From assembly GCF_018350175.1 (NCBI RefSeq), contig NC_058368.1:177198001-177262000 (forward strand): 64,000 nt of DNA. Reading direction: 5' to 3'. This DNA comes from Felis catus (Eukaryota). This document shows, in pieces, positions 1 through 13,277 of the stretch. The notes beneath the pieces were generated by a model, which saw nothing but the letters and a program-made list of their open reading frames with translations, searched no databases and had not been told where the DNA came from. Each line of letters starts with the position of its first letter. Position 1 is the first letter of the stretch. A program made the translations under genes and the position numbers.

Positions 1-29
1 ACTTGACACATCTCTCAGCTCACCCATTT

Positions 30-263
30 AAAATTTTTTTTTTTTAAATTTTTTTTTTTAACGTTTTTATTTATTTTTGGGACAGAGAGAGACAGAGCAT
101 GAACGGGGGAGGGGCAGAGAGAGAGGGAGACACAGAATCGGAAACAGGCTCCAGGCTCCGAGCCATCAGCCCAGAGCCTGACGCGGGGCTCGAACTCACG
201 GACCGCGAGATCGTGACCTGGCTGAAGTCGGACGCTTAACCGACTGCGCCACCCACGTGCCCC
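30..263 (-). mobile_element. Can-SINE, young felid subfamily
   Basis: tRNA-derived head, (CT)n, A tail; TSD tcagctcacccattt 15-29 / 264-278. Confidence 0.95.
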
Positions 264-587
264 TCAGCTCACCCATTTTAAGAAGGCCTCAGAAGGGAAG
301 AAACAGGTTATCTGAAGAGCCTAGTTGACTAGGCTCTGGAGTTGCATGACAGGGTCCCCCTTAAAATTACCACACTAGACCCATTGCCAGATGGAGCTTT
401 AGCCAATTAGACTGTGTGGCTGAATTAGCATACCTTTTGAAAAGCAGAAATAAAGATAGTAGTTATCTTTGGCATTATACAGTCCCTCTGGTTTCTGCCA
501 TTTGTGAGAAAAGGGATAGCAAAGACTGAAAAAGTGAAAATCACTCATTTACCTCAATAAGCTGTTTAAAAAATAAAGATCATTTAC

Positions 588-800
588 CATCAACTGTACT
601 TGGTGCTTCACATATATTAACTTCGTGATAACCTGGTGAGGTAGGTGTACTTATCCCCATTTTTCAGATGTGGAAAACTGAGTTTCAGAGGTGTTATGGG
701 TGACTCGACCTAAGTTAATACTACATAGCTGTGAGATGGTGGAGTTGGCATTTGAACCCCAGATTTGCCTGATTCCAAAGTTGTTTTTCTTTCCTCGGTG
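588..800 (-). mobile_element. MIR
   Basis: atccccatttttcagatgtggaaaactgag core. Confidence 0.7.
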
Positions 801-1171
801 CTTGAATGCTACTATTTCTAGAGTTTCCCATCTTAGTTTTGTTTGTGAAAACTTTACTAGTGAGCTATCTGGTGTGTGGCTTGTTTCGTCATTATTTATT
901 TGAAAATCAGAAAGGGAAAACCTGCCAGATACCTGCAGGTGAAAAAAATTGTATTTCTATTGCCAGAATGAGCCCTCCTGAATCTTAAAGCTAGTGAGGT
1001 TCCTGAATGGCTTTTCTGTGAGAATATTTACTGAGCATTTGCTATGTGCCTTGGCCTATACTGCTGCTGGACACATAAAGATGAATACAGACTTGTTCCC
1101 TATTCTCGTGGGGTACCCTGTAGTAAGCAGACCCATGAATGAAAATCCAGACTGAACTACAAATAAAGTCC

Positions 1172-1197
1172 GAGAGAGAGAGAGAGAGAGAGAGAGA
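1172..1197. repeat. (GA)n microsatellite
   Basis: Direct reading. Confidence 0.9.
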
Positions 1198-2134
1198 AAG
1201 TGTGTGTCTAATAAAACTATGAAGTTAGCCAAAAAAAAAAAAAAAAAAGTGAACCAGTTTAAACTAGGACTAACTCTCAGCATTTTTTTAAAGAACAGCT
1301 GGACTGGAATATCTGGATGTCTGTGAACAAGCTGAACTGAATCAATATCTCAGTTGGTTCAGGTATCCAGATTGAACCAGTTGATCGTTACGTCAGATAA
1401 TCAAGCGTTCAGACCGTGTAGAGTATTTGCTAAGATTCCAAGACTAATGGGGCACAGGAGTAATAATACTAGTGTTAATAACAGTGTGTATCATTTATTT
1501 TCCACCTCCTTTTTATGTGTCAGGCTCTAGGCACTAGGTTGTTTCATGTAATCCTTATGCACAAGTTCTCTGTGGTGGCTTTTTGGTATATGCAGTTATT
1601 GAACTGAACTGACTTGCTTAAGGTTGCACATTTATTTAAGTGACAGAACTGGGCTATGAATGTAGGTCTGGATAGCTGCAAAGCCAGTGCTCTAGTCACC
1701 ATTCTGTAGTGATATTAACTTGGCAACTGCCTTTTGTTTGAGAACAAATTCCTTATTTCTAGTATCAAAAGTTGAAAGCTAACGCACCTAGAATGTAGTG
1801 GTTCCATGTAGTGGACGGACAGATTTTCTTGGGAATGCCATTTGTGAGCTGTCAGCTGGGGAGAGTGTTAGTGCTAAGCCTTCCTCAAGGGTAGGACTGA
1901 TGATTTGGATCGACAGCAGGGATCATGTGAATCAAGTTGTAGTGCCTCCTTCCAAGCTCTGGTGTGGGTAGTGCTGGACAATCAGTACAACTTCTTGACA
2001 GCTACCTTTCTTGTTTCTTTTCTTTAAGTATGGATAGTGAGCCACAGTGGGTTAAGAACACTACAGGTGGAACTTACAGCTGCCAGCAAAAGAGGATATT
2101 TTTTAGATATGAGCTGTAGCTTGGTAGAAAGAAT

Positions 2135-2285
2135 CCTGGCTCTGGAGCAGACAAACCTCAGTTCTAGTCTTCTGCCTGCTACTCAGTAGCTCTGTGACAC
2201 TAGGCAAGTGACTTAAATTAGCTGAATCTCAGTTTCCTCGTCCTTAAAAGTGGAGATGTATCTACGTACAGGATTTTGTGAAGTA
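2135..2285 (+). mobile_element. MIR
   Basis: ctgtgacactaggcaagtgacttaa..ctcagtttcctc core. Confidence 0.7.
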
Positions 2286-3406
2286 GAGGAAGCTACCTCT
2301 TAGTGATTGCTTGTTGTTGAGGGGATGAAAATCCCTATCTTTCATTGCTTCTTCCTGGTTCCCTATTCAAGAAGAGCGAATTCCAGTCTTATAAGTCTTA
2401 GATTCCATTCCGGGGCAAGTAAGAATAAGATAAAGGCACATGATATGGCCCCTTCTGTCAAGTGTTCCCCTTTTGTTCAGGACTGTTTCCTTAGGTCAGA
2501 CATGGCTGTTCCAACTCACTGTCTCGTTTCTAATGAGCATTGGGGGTTTTATCATTTCTTGTTGATTATCTTGTTGCACTCTGAGGCCACTTGAAGGCTT
2601 TGAGTAACCTTTTGGATTATTTAATGGAAGAGTCTTTTATGTTTTATGAACGTTAAAAAAAACACCTTATTTCTCTTTATAAGAAAATTTACAAAATACT
2701 CTTATTAAAAAAAAAAAATCCATTGGTAAACTCACCACCCAGAGAGAACATTTGTTGCTGTTTTAGGGTCTTCCTTCTGCCTGTTAGGCAAGGAGGAACC
2801 ATCAAGTTGTGCAGGCTGTTATTATGGTGATGGTAATGATTATAAGAGTGGTGTTTTAAATGTCCCATGGAAGCCCAGAGTTTGACTTTGGAGTCACTAG
2901 AGGGATAAAAGAGGGCCTAGCACAGTGCTTCCTCCTACTTGTGCCTCACCCAGAATAGCTCTGGATTTATCTGTATTATATAGCAGGGCTCTAAGTAAGA
3001 TTTTATGTGAAGATTTTGGCTGTGGGAATTCCCAAACATACAGAACAATAAAGAGAACTATTCAACCCTTGAACAATTTTCAAAATCATGCTATTCTTGG
3101 TTCAACTTTCTTCTCCAACTTTATCTTTTTCTGGGGCATTTTAAAGCAAATCTAAGATGGTCTAAGAGATAAAAAAGAGTTTGACAAATCACTGTTTCAT
3201 GTCAGCATTTAAAAAAATTAGAAAAATGGTTCATAGACTTGAAAATAATAGGATTGGTACTGAAAGTTATAAAAGACATATAAAATTTCCTTTGACCCCA
3301 GATCTCACTTCCCAAAGGATCACTTAACTGTTTCCCAGTATCCTTTTAGACAAGAGCTTAAAAAAATACAAATGGAACCATACTATACGTACTGTTTTTC
3401 AATTAA

Positions 3407-3618
3407 GAACTTGTTAAAAGGTTTATTTATGTATTTTGAGAGAGAGAGAGAGAGAGAGAGAGAGGGGAACAGAGAGAGAGGAGAGAGACAATCCCAAGTA
3501 GGCTTTGCACTGTCAGTGTGGAGTCTGATGTGGAGCTCAGTTCCATGAACCATGAGATCATGACCTGGGACGAAACCAAGAGTCAGTCCCTGAACTGACT
3601 GAACTACCGAGGGGCCCC
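3407..3618 (-). mobile_element. Can-SINE
   Basis: Consensus match, (GA)n. Confidence 0.9.
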
Positions 3619-4012
3619 AATTAGTAACTTTTTCAATTAATAATATATGTTGAGCATTCTTCCCTATCAGTATATAAAACCATATAACATCTTCTTTTTT
3701 ATAGCTGCAGTAATGTTCCATCATATCATTTATCATTGAAAACAAAATTTGGCCAATTCCCTACTCAAGGAACTTTAGACTTCAGTTTTTTTGTATCATA
3801 GCACTTTACTAATTTTATTGAACATATATCTTAGACTTACGATTATGTCTATAGAAGGAACTCCTAGAAATATAATTGCTTGACCAAAGAATATCAGTGT
3901 TTTATTGTTAATTCAATTATCTATATATAGAAAAGTTTAATACTATCTCCCTTCCAATATCCCCCAAATGCCACATCCAGATGTTTACAGTTTGTTGTCT
4001 GCCACTGTGTAT

Positions 4013-4040
4013 TTGTTGTTGTTGTTGTTGTTGTTGTTGT
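4013..4040. repeat. (TTG)n microsatellite
   Basis: Direct reading. Confidence 0.9.
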
Positions 4041-4347
4041 CATTCATCTGAGTATATGTAGCACTATATTTAAGGGATTTAGGGAAAATGGGCTCACACT
4101 GCACTTTTGTTAACTTCCTTTATTTACTTAACATTGTATTACAGACATGTCCCCAGATTTATAAAGTCTAAATAACTTTTTCACCAGTGGTACTTTTATC
4201 ATTCACAGATTTGGTAGGGTTGGGGAGAAAGGAGAGTATAGTTTTTTTATTCTTTTTTGAGTTAGAACACATGTATAGCAAAGTGCAGAAAACTTAACTG
4301 GTTTATCACAAAGTAGGCAGTGCTTTATTTTGAAAGGTATGGCTAAA

Positions 4348-4593
4348 TTTTTTTTTAATTAAAAAAATTTTTTTAATGTTCATTTTTGAGAGAGAGAGAG
4401 AGAGGCAGAGAGAAAGAGAGAAAGGAAACAAGCAGGGGAGGGGCAGAGAGACAGGGATGCACAGAATCCGAAGCAGGCTCCAGACTCTGAGCTCTCAGCA
4501 CAGAACCCAACGTGGGGCTCAAACCCACGAACTGTGAGATCATGTCCTGTGCCAAAGTCAGACGCTTAACCGACTGAGCCACCCAGGTGCCCC
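4348..4593 (-). mobile_element. Can-SINE
   Basis: Consensus match; TSD tggctaaatt. Confidence 0.9.
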
Positions 4594-4798
4594 ATGTGGC
4601 TAAATTGTTTTAATGAAGGTTGGACCATTTTATAGTCCAGTCATTGCCATAAGCTATGGATATCATCACAAAAATGTTTAAGCTTTACTTTTAAATTTTT
4701 ATTTAAAATAACTTATTATTGTTTAAAATTAAACCAGTAATAGAAAGTGGCAAATAGTAACATGAACTTTCTGTCGTCATTTAAAATCACTGCATAAA

Positions 4799-5031
4799 GG
4801 GCTCCTGGGTGGCTCACCTGGTTAAGTGTCTTGACTCTTCACTTTTGCTCAGGTCATCATCTCACGGTTCATGGATTCAAAGCGCCATGTCAGGCTCTGT
4901 GCTGACAGTGTGGAGCCTGCTTGGGAGTCTGTCTGTCTGTCTGTCTGTCTCTCTCTTCCCCCCCCCCACCTCCCTCCCTTTCTCTGCCCCTCACCTGCTC
5001 TATCTCAAAATAAACTTAAAAAAAGTTAAAA
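4799..5031 (+). mobile_element. Can-SINE
   Basis: Consensus match; TSD about aaatc(a/c)ctgcataa. Confidence 0.9.
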
Positions 5032-6689
5032 AATTAAATCCCTGCATAATATTCCATTTAATATTATTGGTTTGAAAAGTCCGTCCTATCTGCATCAAGG
5101 CTGCCTCCAGTTTTTAAGACATTTGAAGTAATGTTGAATAGAACCTTATTGTAGCTAAGTTTTTGTATATTTTTGTAATAATCTCGTAGGTAAGAGTGTA
5201 CACTTGAAAATACTTTAGGTGGCTAAATTGTACTTTTGAGAGGCTGGGTCAAATTATACTCCTAAAAGGAGTGGATGAGAAGAGAGATTCCCTTTTCAGA
5301 TGCCCTAGATGACATTGGATATTTTAATTTTGTATTTCTTCGCTATTTTGATGGATTAATATGTCAATATGTTGTAGTAATGTACATTTATTTGCTTGTT
5401 AGTGAGATGGAATATATGTAAATGCATATTTATTTATTGGACATCTCTGTTTCTTGTTTTGTGAGTTGTCTCTTCATCCCTTTCCTCCATTTTTTCTATT
5501 GATGGTTTTATTTTTTAAAAATCTGATTTGTAGGAATTCTTTTTATGTGTTAGAGTAACTCATTTATTGCATATTTTCCCTAGTTTGACATTTGCCTGTC
5601 AGTTTTGTTCATAATGCTTTTTACTTTGAAGAAAATTTCGAAAGGAAGTTTTCCTTTTTATGTAGTCATACTTATTCCTGTCCTTTACTGTTCCTCCAGT
5701 GATTTAAGGCTTTCTGTTCTACACTTAAATCTTTGAGTTTCTGTGTAATTTATTTTGGTATATGCTGTAAATTAGGGATCCACATTCTTTCTAAATGGCC
5801 AGTCTGTTTTCCATATGCAGTTTACTGATCTCGCTTTTTCCCATTGATTTGAAATCATATGCTCATGTTTCACTTCCTTGTATTCCATGATGCTCACTCA
5901 CAGAAGTCTCTTTCAAGCTTTTGTTGTTTTTTCCTTCCCTAAGTATCATCATCGGTTATCAACCTCTGTGGTCCTTGTGCTATATCATGCCATCCTTTAC
6001 ATATTAATGCTAGTTTCAGTATTTTGTTAATGATGATAGGCTTTGAAAGTCCAATGCCAAACAGAAAGATTTCATTCTAACATTTTTCTAGAAGAGTGAT
6101 TTTTCTCTATTCTTACTATGAATTGAAATTTTTGGCTGGTTGTTTCTCATCATTTCCATGTCATATTTTCGGAAAACAGTGAGGGTGACTTGATGATCTA
6201 ATAAGACTTTGAAGCATCAGAAGAGCAGCAAGTAAATTCATATTTTGGAGAAAGTTGTCATATCACAATGCCTCACGTGTAGTACTAGCACTAAAGAAAT
6301 CACATTTCCTGTGGAGGAGAGCCTCTGCTATGGGAAAATTAAAACTACATCTAATAATTTAATTTGTGGTTTCTAAAACAGAGTGCTTGGTGATAAGGTT
6401 TAACAGTATATTTTTGAGGATAGGGAAGTGAGCAGATGAGACTCAGACCACATTAGAAAATGTCTTTTTACTTGTTTCAATAAAAATGATATCTTAAAGC
6501 CTCATGCAACAGACATTTGTTACGTTGCTTGTAAAAATGCTGTTTTTATGTATTTCTATTGATTTATATTCAACTTTTGCAAAAATTTTAGAGAAGAGAA
6601 AACAAAATGAACCATTTACCGTAATCCCACTTCATTTTTGTGTCCAACCTTTGTTTTTTCTTCTTGGCTCTCTTTTTCTTTCTGGAATT

Positions 6690-6762
6690 TTATATATATT
6701 ATATATTATATATTATATATTATATATTATATATTATGTTATATATAATATATAATATATAT
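6690..6762. repeat. AT-rich (TATATAT)-type repeat
   Basis: Direct reading. Confidence 0.85.
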
Positions 6763-6869
6763 GTACATGTATTTATTGTTTCTTTATGTATAGGCCCGTA
6801 CTTTATATACTGAATTATAACCTGATTTTTATCAGTATGGCTCATATTAGTATATTTAGGTCTCTATTT

Positions 6870-7067
6870 AAAAATTTTTTTTAAATGTTTATTTTTGATA
6901 GAACAAATGCAAGCGGGGGAGGGGCAGAGAGAGAGGGGGACAGAGGATCTGAAGCTGGCTCTGCATTGACAGCAGAGAGCCCGATATGGGGCTCAAACTC
7001 ACGAATCGTGAGATCACCACCTGAGCCAAAGTCTGACACTTAACCGACTGAGCCACCCAGGCACCCC
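6870..7067 (-). mobile_element. Can-SINE
   Basis: TSD ttaggtctctattt. Confidence 0.9.
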
Positions 7068-7293
7068 TTAGGTCTCTATTTTTAATAACTGAGTTTCATT
7101 CACTGGGCATACAATAATTTAATCAGTCTCTTGTTGATGGGCATTAACGTCACTAAATTTTAGTGTCTATTTGTGATTAATTCTTAAGTTATATTATTCA
7201 TTGGAAAAATTCTGAGTCAGAGGATATGACCTTTCTTAGGGTTTTAAACTTTCGACCAAACTTCCACAAAAAAGATTATTCTAATTTACATTA

Positions 7294-7752
7294 CAGTAGT
7301 CTCCCCCATTATCTTTGGGGGATACTTTCTAAGACTCCAAGTGGATGTGTGAAACTGCAGATAGTATCAAACCCTGTGTATGCTAGGTTTTTTCCTATAC
7401 ATATATACCTATGATAAAGTTTAATTTATAAATTAGGCACAATAAGAGATTAGTGACAACTCATAATAAAATAGAACAATTATAACAATATACTATAATA
7501 AAAGTTATGTGGATGTGGTCTCTCAGAATATCTTATTGTACTGTACTTACCCTTCTTATGATGATATCAGATGATAGAATGCCTACCTGATGAGATGAAG
7601 TGAGGTGAATGATGTAAGCATTGTGACGTAGTGCTAGGCTACCATTGACCTTCTGATAGTATGTCAGAGGAGGATCATCTGCCTTCACACTGCAGTTGAC
7701 TGCGGGTGACTCGAACCACAGAAAGCAAAACTGTGGATAAGGGGCACTGTTG
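7294..7752 (-). mobile_element. MER44 (Tigger7-derived) DNA transposon relic
   Basis: TA|CAGTAGTCTCCCCCATTATC ... GGATAAGGGGCACTGTTG terminal inverted repeats; MER44 internal AT-rich core. Confidence 0.8.
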
Positions 7753-7904
7753 TCTTCTCAGCAGTGTTGGAGTATAATAGAAATAACATGCCCAGTGTAG
7801 AAAACTGGAAAGCACAAAGACCAAATTAAAAATCACTCTTGGTTTTTTTTTTGTTTGTTTGTTTTGTTTTTTTGTTTGTTTTAAAAATCACTCACTTGAT
7901 TTTC

Positions 7905-8250
7905 TTCAAGCAACAAATATTTACGATGTTTCTGTTGTGTGCCAGGAATTCATGTAGGGGATGGGTATACAGGAGTGCATCAAATAGACAAAAAGCCACT
8001 TTGTCTTGGAACCTAAATTTTAGTGGGGAAAGCAAGAAAATGAGTAAAGCACATAATATGTTAGATAGTAATAAGTGCTATGGAGAAGAGGGGAGATTGG
8101 GCACTTCAGGGTTTGGGGCTTTTATTCTGTATGAGATGGGAAGCCATTAGAGAATTTTGACCAGAGGAGTAATTTATCTCACTAACATGTTAACAGGATC
8201 TTTGGCTGCTGTGTAGATGATAGAATGAAAAGAGGAAGCAGGGAGACCAA
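7905..8250 (-). mobile_element. L2 fragment
   Basis: caacaaatattta...tgtgccagg...gggaagccattagagaatttt. Confidence 0.6.
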
Positions 8251-8266
8251 TTCTGACTTTGGCTAG

Positions 8267-8645
8267 TGTATTAGGCTTCTTCAGAGAAGCAGAACCAATA
8301 GTAGATAGATGGATAAGTAGGTAGATAGGTACGTACGTGGGTAAATAGATATTTTAGACCTTTGGCTCATGTGATTGTGGGGACTGGCAACTGTGACATT
8401 TGTGGGGAAACCCAGGCAAGATTTCTCTGTTGCAGTCTTGAGACAGAATCTTTGCGTTAAGGCCTTCAACTTATTGGATGAAGCCCATCTCATTATAGAA
8501 GGTAATATGCATTGCTCAAATTATCTCAATTATAAATGTAAATCACATTCACAAAATACCTTCACAGCATCATCTAGATTAGTGCTTGAGCAAACAACTG
8601 GCTACCATAGCATGGCCATTTTGACATATGAAATCAATCATTACA
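8267..8645 (-). mobile_element. MLT2 (ERVL) solo LTR
   Basis: TG...CA ends; tgtattaggcttcttcagagaagcagaaccaatag and ttgacatatgaaatcaatcattaca termini. Confidence 0.75.
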
Positions 8646-9009
8646 ACTGGTGACTGAGAAGAGCCTAAACTTTGGGAGTTAGGGGCACAGAATGGAAACA
8701 GGCAGTTCATGACCGAGTGAAGAAAGAAAAGGTGAGTGTGACATTAGTAAAAATGATAACAACCTTGTCAAGCCAGTGTCGTTTATATCACCAATGTCTA
8801 ACAAGCATTTAGTCAGAGGTGATTTGGGCTTTGGAGTCCCTGATATGATTGGAAGATAAAAACGTATGTGTCTGTTTGTAGTAATGGTATGCTTGCAATA
8901 ATGAGTCTTCAGGAAAAATCATTCAGTATGTATATATACTGAATGAATATATATATAGCATTCATTTGGTGGAAGAACCATAATGTGTAGGGAACTCACA
9001 GTGAATGAA

Positions 9010-9245
9010 TACTTATGCCTGTTATATTACTAGACTCTTTCCCATACATTACTTTTCTTAATCCCCTGAACAACTTTATAAACAAGGTACTAGTATGTCT
9101 CTTTTATACATGGGAAAATTGAGATTCAGAGAGAGGGAGACAGACAGACAGACATGGAGCTTACGACTCACTTAAGGGCACACACGTGCTAAGTGGCAAA
9201 GTGAAGGGTTTAAACCTAGTCTGTCTAGTTCAGTATACCTTACTG
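9010..9245 (-). mobile_element. MIR
   Basis: ttttatacatgggaaaattgagattcagagag core. Confidence 0.6.
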
Positions 9246-9374
9246 CCTCTTAAAAATAGAAGCTATTTTCATAGGGATGATTATTTGGTTTTTTATGTTG
9301 TAAATAGAGTTTTCTAAATCTTGGGACAATTACGCAATAGCAATGCTATTTATGTTATTAAGTGAGTAGCTTAC

Positions 9375-9660
9375 GTGATCAAATATCTCTTCTTTAGAGG
9401 CCTTCTCTGACCATCCAATCTAAAATAACTTCCCCCTTTTCACTCGGTTCCTTTACTCTGCTTTATTTTTAATTCATAGCACTTAGCACTGCCTGAAATT
9501 ATATTCCATGTTTGTTTTTTTCCTCGTATCTGTTGTCTTTCTCCCCCACCAGCATGTAAGTTCCACGAGAAAAAGAGTTGTGTCTTGTTCATTGCATGGT
9601 AAATATGCCCGTTTCTAGAATAGTTCCCAAATAGGCATAATAAACTGGAATGTGAAGGAA
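9375..9660 (+). mobile_element. L2a 3' fragment
   Basis: agaggccttctctgaccatccaatctaaa...catagcacttagcac...atgtaagttcca. Confidence 0.65.
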
Positions 9661-11319
9661 TGGCTGTCTTTAAGTTTTGTTCGGATTATATGGTATAGTG
9701 GTATTTGCTGTCCGAGCTAGAACTGCTTTGAACTTTGTTCTCTGAATTCTTTGAATCCAAGTGTTCATGTGAGTTGAAAGAGTATCTTGAGTAAAAATTG
9801 ATTTTGCTTTGAAGACTAGCTTGTATTTTTGCTTTGCTTTAAAAATACTCTTTTCTGATTATAAAAGTAATGCATGCATATTGTAGAACATTGGGATAAG
9901 AATGGAAAGGAAATTGAGAAATAATCCTCAATTTAGGGAGTATAATTTTTACTATTTTGGCATATTTTTTCTTAGTATTTAATCTACGGGTGTGTTTTAT
10001 GTAGTTGAGAATTTTTATATGTGTATATAATTTCATACATTTATTTTACTTTATATGCCTTGTACATTTATTCAGGATGATTGTGTAAATGTTTTCCTAT
10101 TATTAAAAATTTCTCATGGCATACTTTGAAATTTCCATGTAAATGTATTTCATGAACATCCCACGATTTGTAATTTTTCTGGGTGCTTAGAATCTTCATT
10201 TTTAACTATCAAAAACCTAAGCACCATCATTGTACATAAATCTTTGCTTTCATTTTGAAATCCTTAGGATATATTTTCAGGAGATATACTATATATGTTT
10301 TGTTAAATTGTTTTCCAAAGAATTTGTATCTTGTTGTACCCAGACTAGGATTAAACATTTTTATTTCGAAAAAGTTTAACAAGCCTGTTCAGTAGTATAC
10401 TCTAAATTCACAAGCCTCCTTGCAAATGGCACCTCTCCTCTCTGAGCAATTTGAGTATATGCTGAGTCAGCTAAGGCATGGCCTACTAAAAGAAGATATA
10501 ATACTACTGGATAGGCTTGGCCAAGGAAAAGAACTCCAGAGACATTTTCAAACACATAGCAACTGTGCCAGCCTGTTCCTTCCAATTACTGAATTGCCTG
10601 GGTGCTATGATGGAGTTCAAAATTGAGATCATTCAGTTAGAATGAGGTTATTCAGAAAATACTTAAGAAATCTTAGAATCATTCGTAAATCCTGTCCAGA
10701 TTTACTGACTACCTACTATGTGCCATGCATCAGATACCACACGATGGCGTGGTAATACAAAGAACCAACTACCAATTTTTGTAGATAGATTGCACAAAAA
10801 TACTCCTTACCCTAATAGAAGGAAGGTTCTTTCTACCCTGTCCTCCTTTAGAAAACTAGGAATCAGTTACTGGAGTCCTTGTAAGATCCCTTCTTATAGG
10901 ATGCTTCCTAGTTGTTTAATTTGGAGTAAAAGGCAAATGTTAAATCATCCACCTTTAAGACAACAGGAAATGAAAAATTAAGGATTACAGTACTGGTAGC
11001 AGAAGACACTATTACCTAATTAATTTCAAAGAAAAAGATTTTGCCAAAGGAAATATTGCCCCAGGGGATCTGGTAGAGTTCACAGGGAAGGGATAGATGG
11101 ATGAACCCCTCATTGCTGATTTAGTAGTGAATGGCTTGGGGAAGACATGAACCTGTAGTGTCCTCAGTACTAGTTTGAGATGTTTACTAAGATCATTTAG
11201 CAGTAGTGGTGAAAAAGAGCACAAAAGATTTCAGCACATTTTTTTCCTATGGATATGATCTGACAATTTGAAGTGTTACTAATTAATGCAAACCAACTGT
11301 TGAAAGATTGCTTTTTATT

Positions 11320-13264
11320 TATTTTGAGACAGTCTCAAGCTTAATTGTAAGTACAATGCAAAGAACTTTTTGTTTTCCAAACTATTTGAAAGTAAAGCTG
11401 AATGAGTGTTTTGTCATGCTCTAATGTTTTAGTGTATATTTCTTACAAAGGAGGTGGTCCTACATAATTTTAATATGAGAATCAAATTAGTAAAACAACT
11501 TTGATACACGACTGCCATTGAGTCTTCAGTCTCTAAGTTTCATCAAAGGTTCACTAACTTTTTTTGTTTTGTTTTTTTAATTTTATAGCAAAGATACCCA
11601 GTTCAGAATGACGTGAAGTTGTCATACTTCGTTTCTTTCAATTTTGAACAGTTTCTCAGTCTTTGCTGGACTTTTCTTGACCTTGACACTTTTGAGGATT
11701 ACGGATAATTTATTTTGTAGTAGGTCTGTCAATTTGGGTTTGTCTGTTTCCTTATGAATAGATTTAGGTTACATATCTTTGAAAGGAATAACACAAAAGT
11801 GGTGCTGTGTTCTTCTCACTGCATCTGATTATCAGGTGGTGTAGGATTTTGGTTTGCCTCACTACTAATGGTGATCACCTTGATTACCCAAGTAAGGTAG
11901 CGTCTAGCAACTTTCTTCGCTGTAAAGTTATCCTTTTTCCCTTTGTAATTAAATATTTTGTGGAGAGGTGTTTTGAAACTGTATAAATATCCTCTTTTCA
12001 TTAGAATGTCAGCTTACTCATTTACTGTATTAGTATAGATTTGTGGTTCCTATTTATTCAGTAGTTATAATGTTATTATCATTATTTATTTTGATGGTCA
12101 GTGTTCAAAGTTTGGCTAGTGGATAGATGCCCTTTCACCTTGCTTCCTGTATCCTTTTGATCTGTCCTCATAATTCTTTAAACACTTCTTACTTTCTGCT
12201 GCAACAAAAATGTTCCAGGCTCATTTTATATTTTCCCATACTCAGAGCTGGGTTGAGTCAATTCTCCAAGGAGTGTTGGTGACTTTTAGTGAAGAATGGC
12301 AGTTAAATCTTGGTGGTAGGTGTGTTTAGTGCTACTGGGATTGCTTCTAGTCATTGCTTCTAGGCCTTTTCAGCCAATCATGTTAGGTAACACACGTATA
12401 ATTTTGTCTTTCTCTGTTAAAAAAAAAAAATTCCCTCCTTTTCTGTGTATTAAATCCATGAGTTCACAATATCTCCAAATCTAGTCTAATCTCATAATTT
12501 CATTCTAGCCTTTTGTAAGGTCATGCTTTTTGTTTTTATAACTCCCTTCTCTGACAGTGAGAAACTTGGCTTCTGTCTTCCACAATATATTTACTCAATT
12601 CTAGAATGTGTATTAAGTCGTTTTAGGATTGCTCACTTACATCACTGAAAATAAATGTACTCATCAATGCTGAATATTTCTTTGTAATTAAAAAATAAGT
12701 CTTTTGCTTGTGGCTGTATAGTCAGTCTTAACTACTGAGTTCAAGAGTCACTTGATATGGTTTTCCCCCACCATTAAGTGTGATTATATTATTCATTTGA
12801 AATATATTTAGTTTTATTTCTTTCTGCTGATACTCCATCTCTCCCAGTCCTTGATGATTGTATTTTTATTTGAGTATATAAAGCATTTAACTTACCTCGT
12901 TCTAAGAATCAAAATAACACAAGAAGGTATAGTCATCGTTTTTGTCCTGTTCTCATTTTTCCATTGTTTCCACTGGGTAACCAATTTCATTGGTTTCTTC
13001 TGGTTTATTCTTTCTGGGTTTCTTAGCACACTAATGAACAGGTACACATACGTTTATTATTTCTGCTTATTTCTTCCACAAAAGGTGGTACATAGATACC
13101 TTTTTTCACTTTGCTTTTTTCACTGAAAAATGTATCTTGAAAATTACTCTTTTTGGTCTGTTCAGGCCTTCTTTATTCTTGCTAAAGGTTGCATAATATT
13201 CCCTTTGTGTTGATGTGCCATAGTTTATTCAGCCAGTATCTTATATATGAGCATGTAGGTTGTT
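11320..13264 (-). mobile_element. Old L1M (MB/MC/ME-type) 3' region
   Basis: Degenerate L1 3'-UTR-like motifs; continues on the other side of the young L1. Confidence 0.55.
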
Positions 13265-13277
13265 TCCAGTTTTTTTT

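Noticed and set aside
1125..1420. Possible ancient Tigger-like element with repeated gaac/ctgg motifs
   Set aside because: Too degenerate to assign or delimit by eye.
10376..11224. Cluster of short ORFs in unique sequence
   Set aside because: 60-90 aa, no recognisable homology, no convincing splice or Kozak support.
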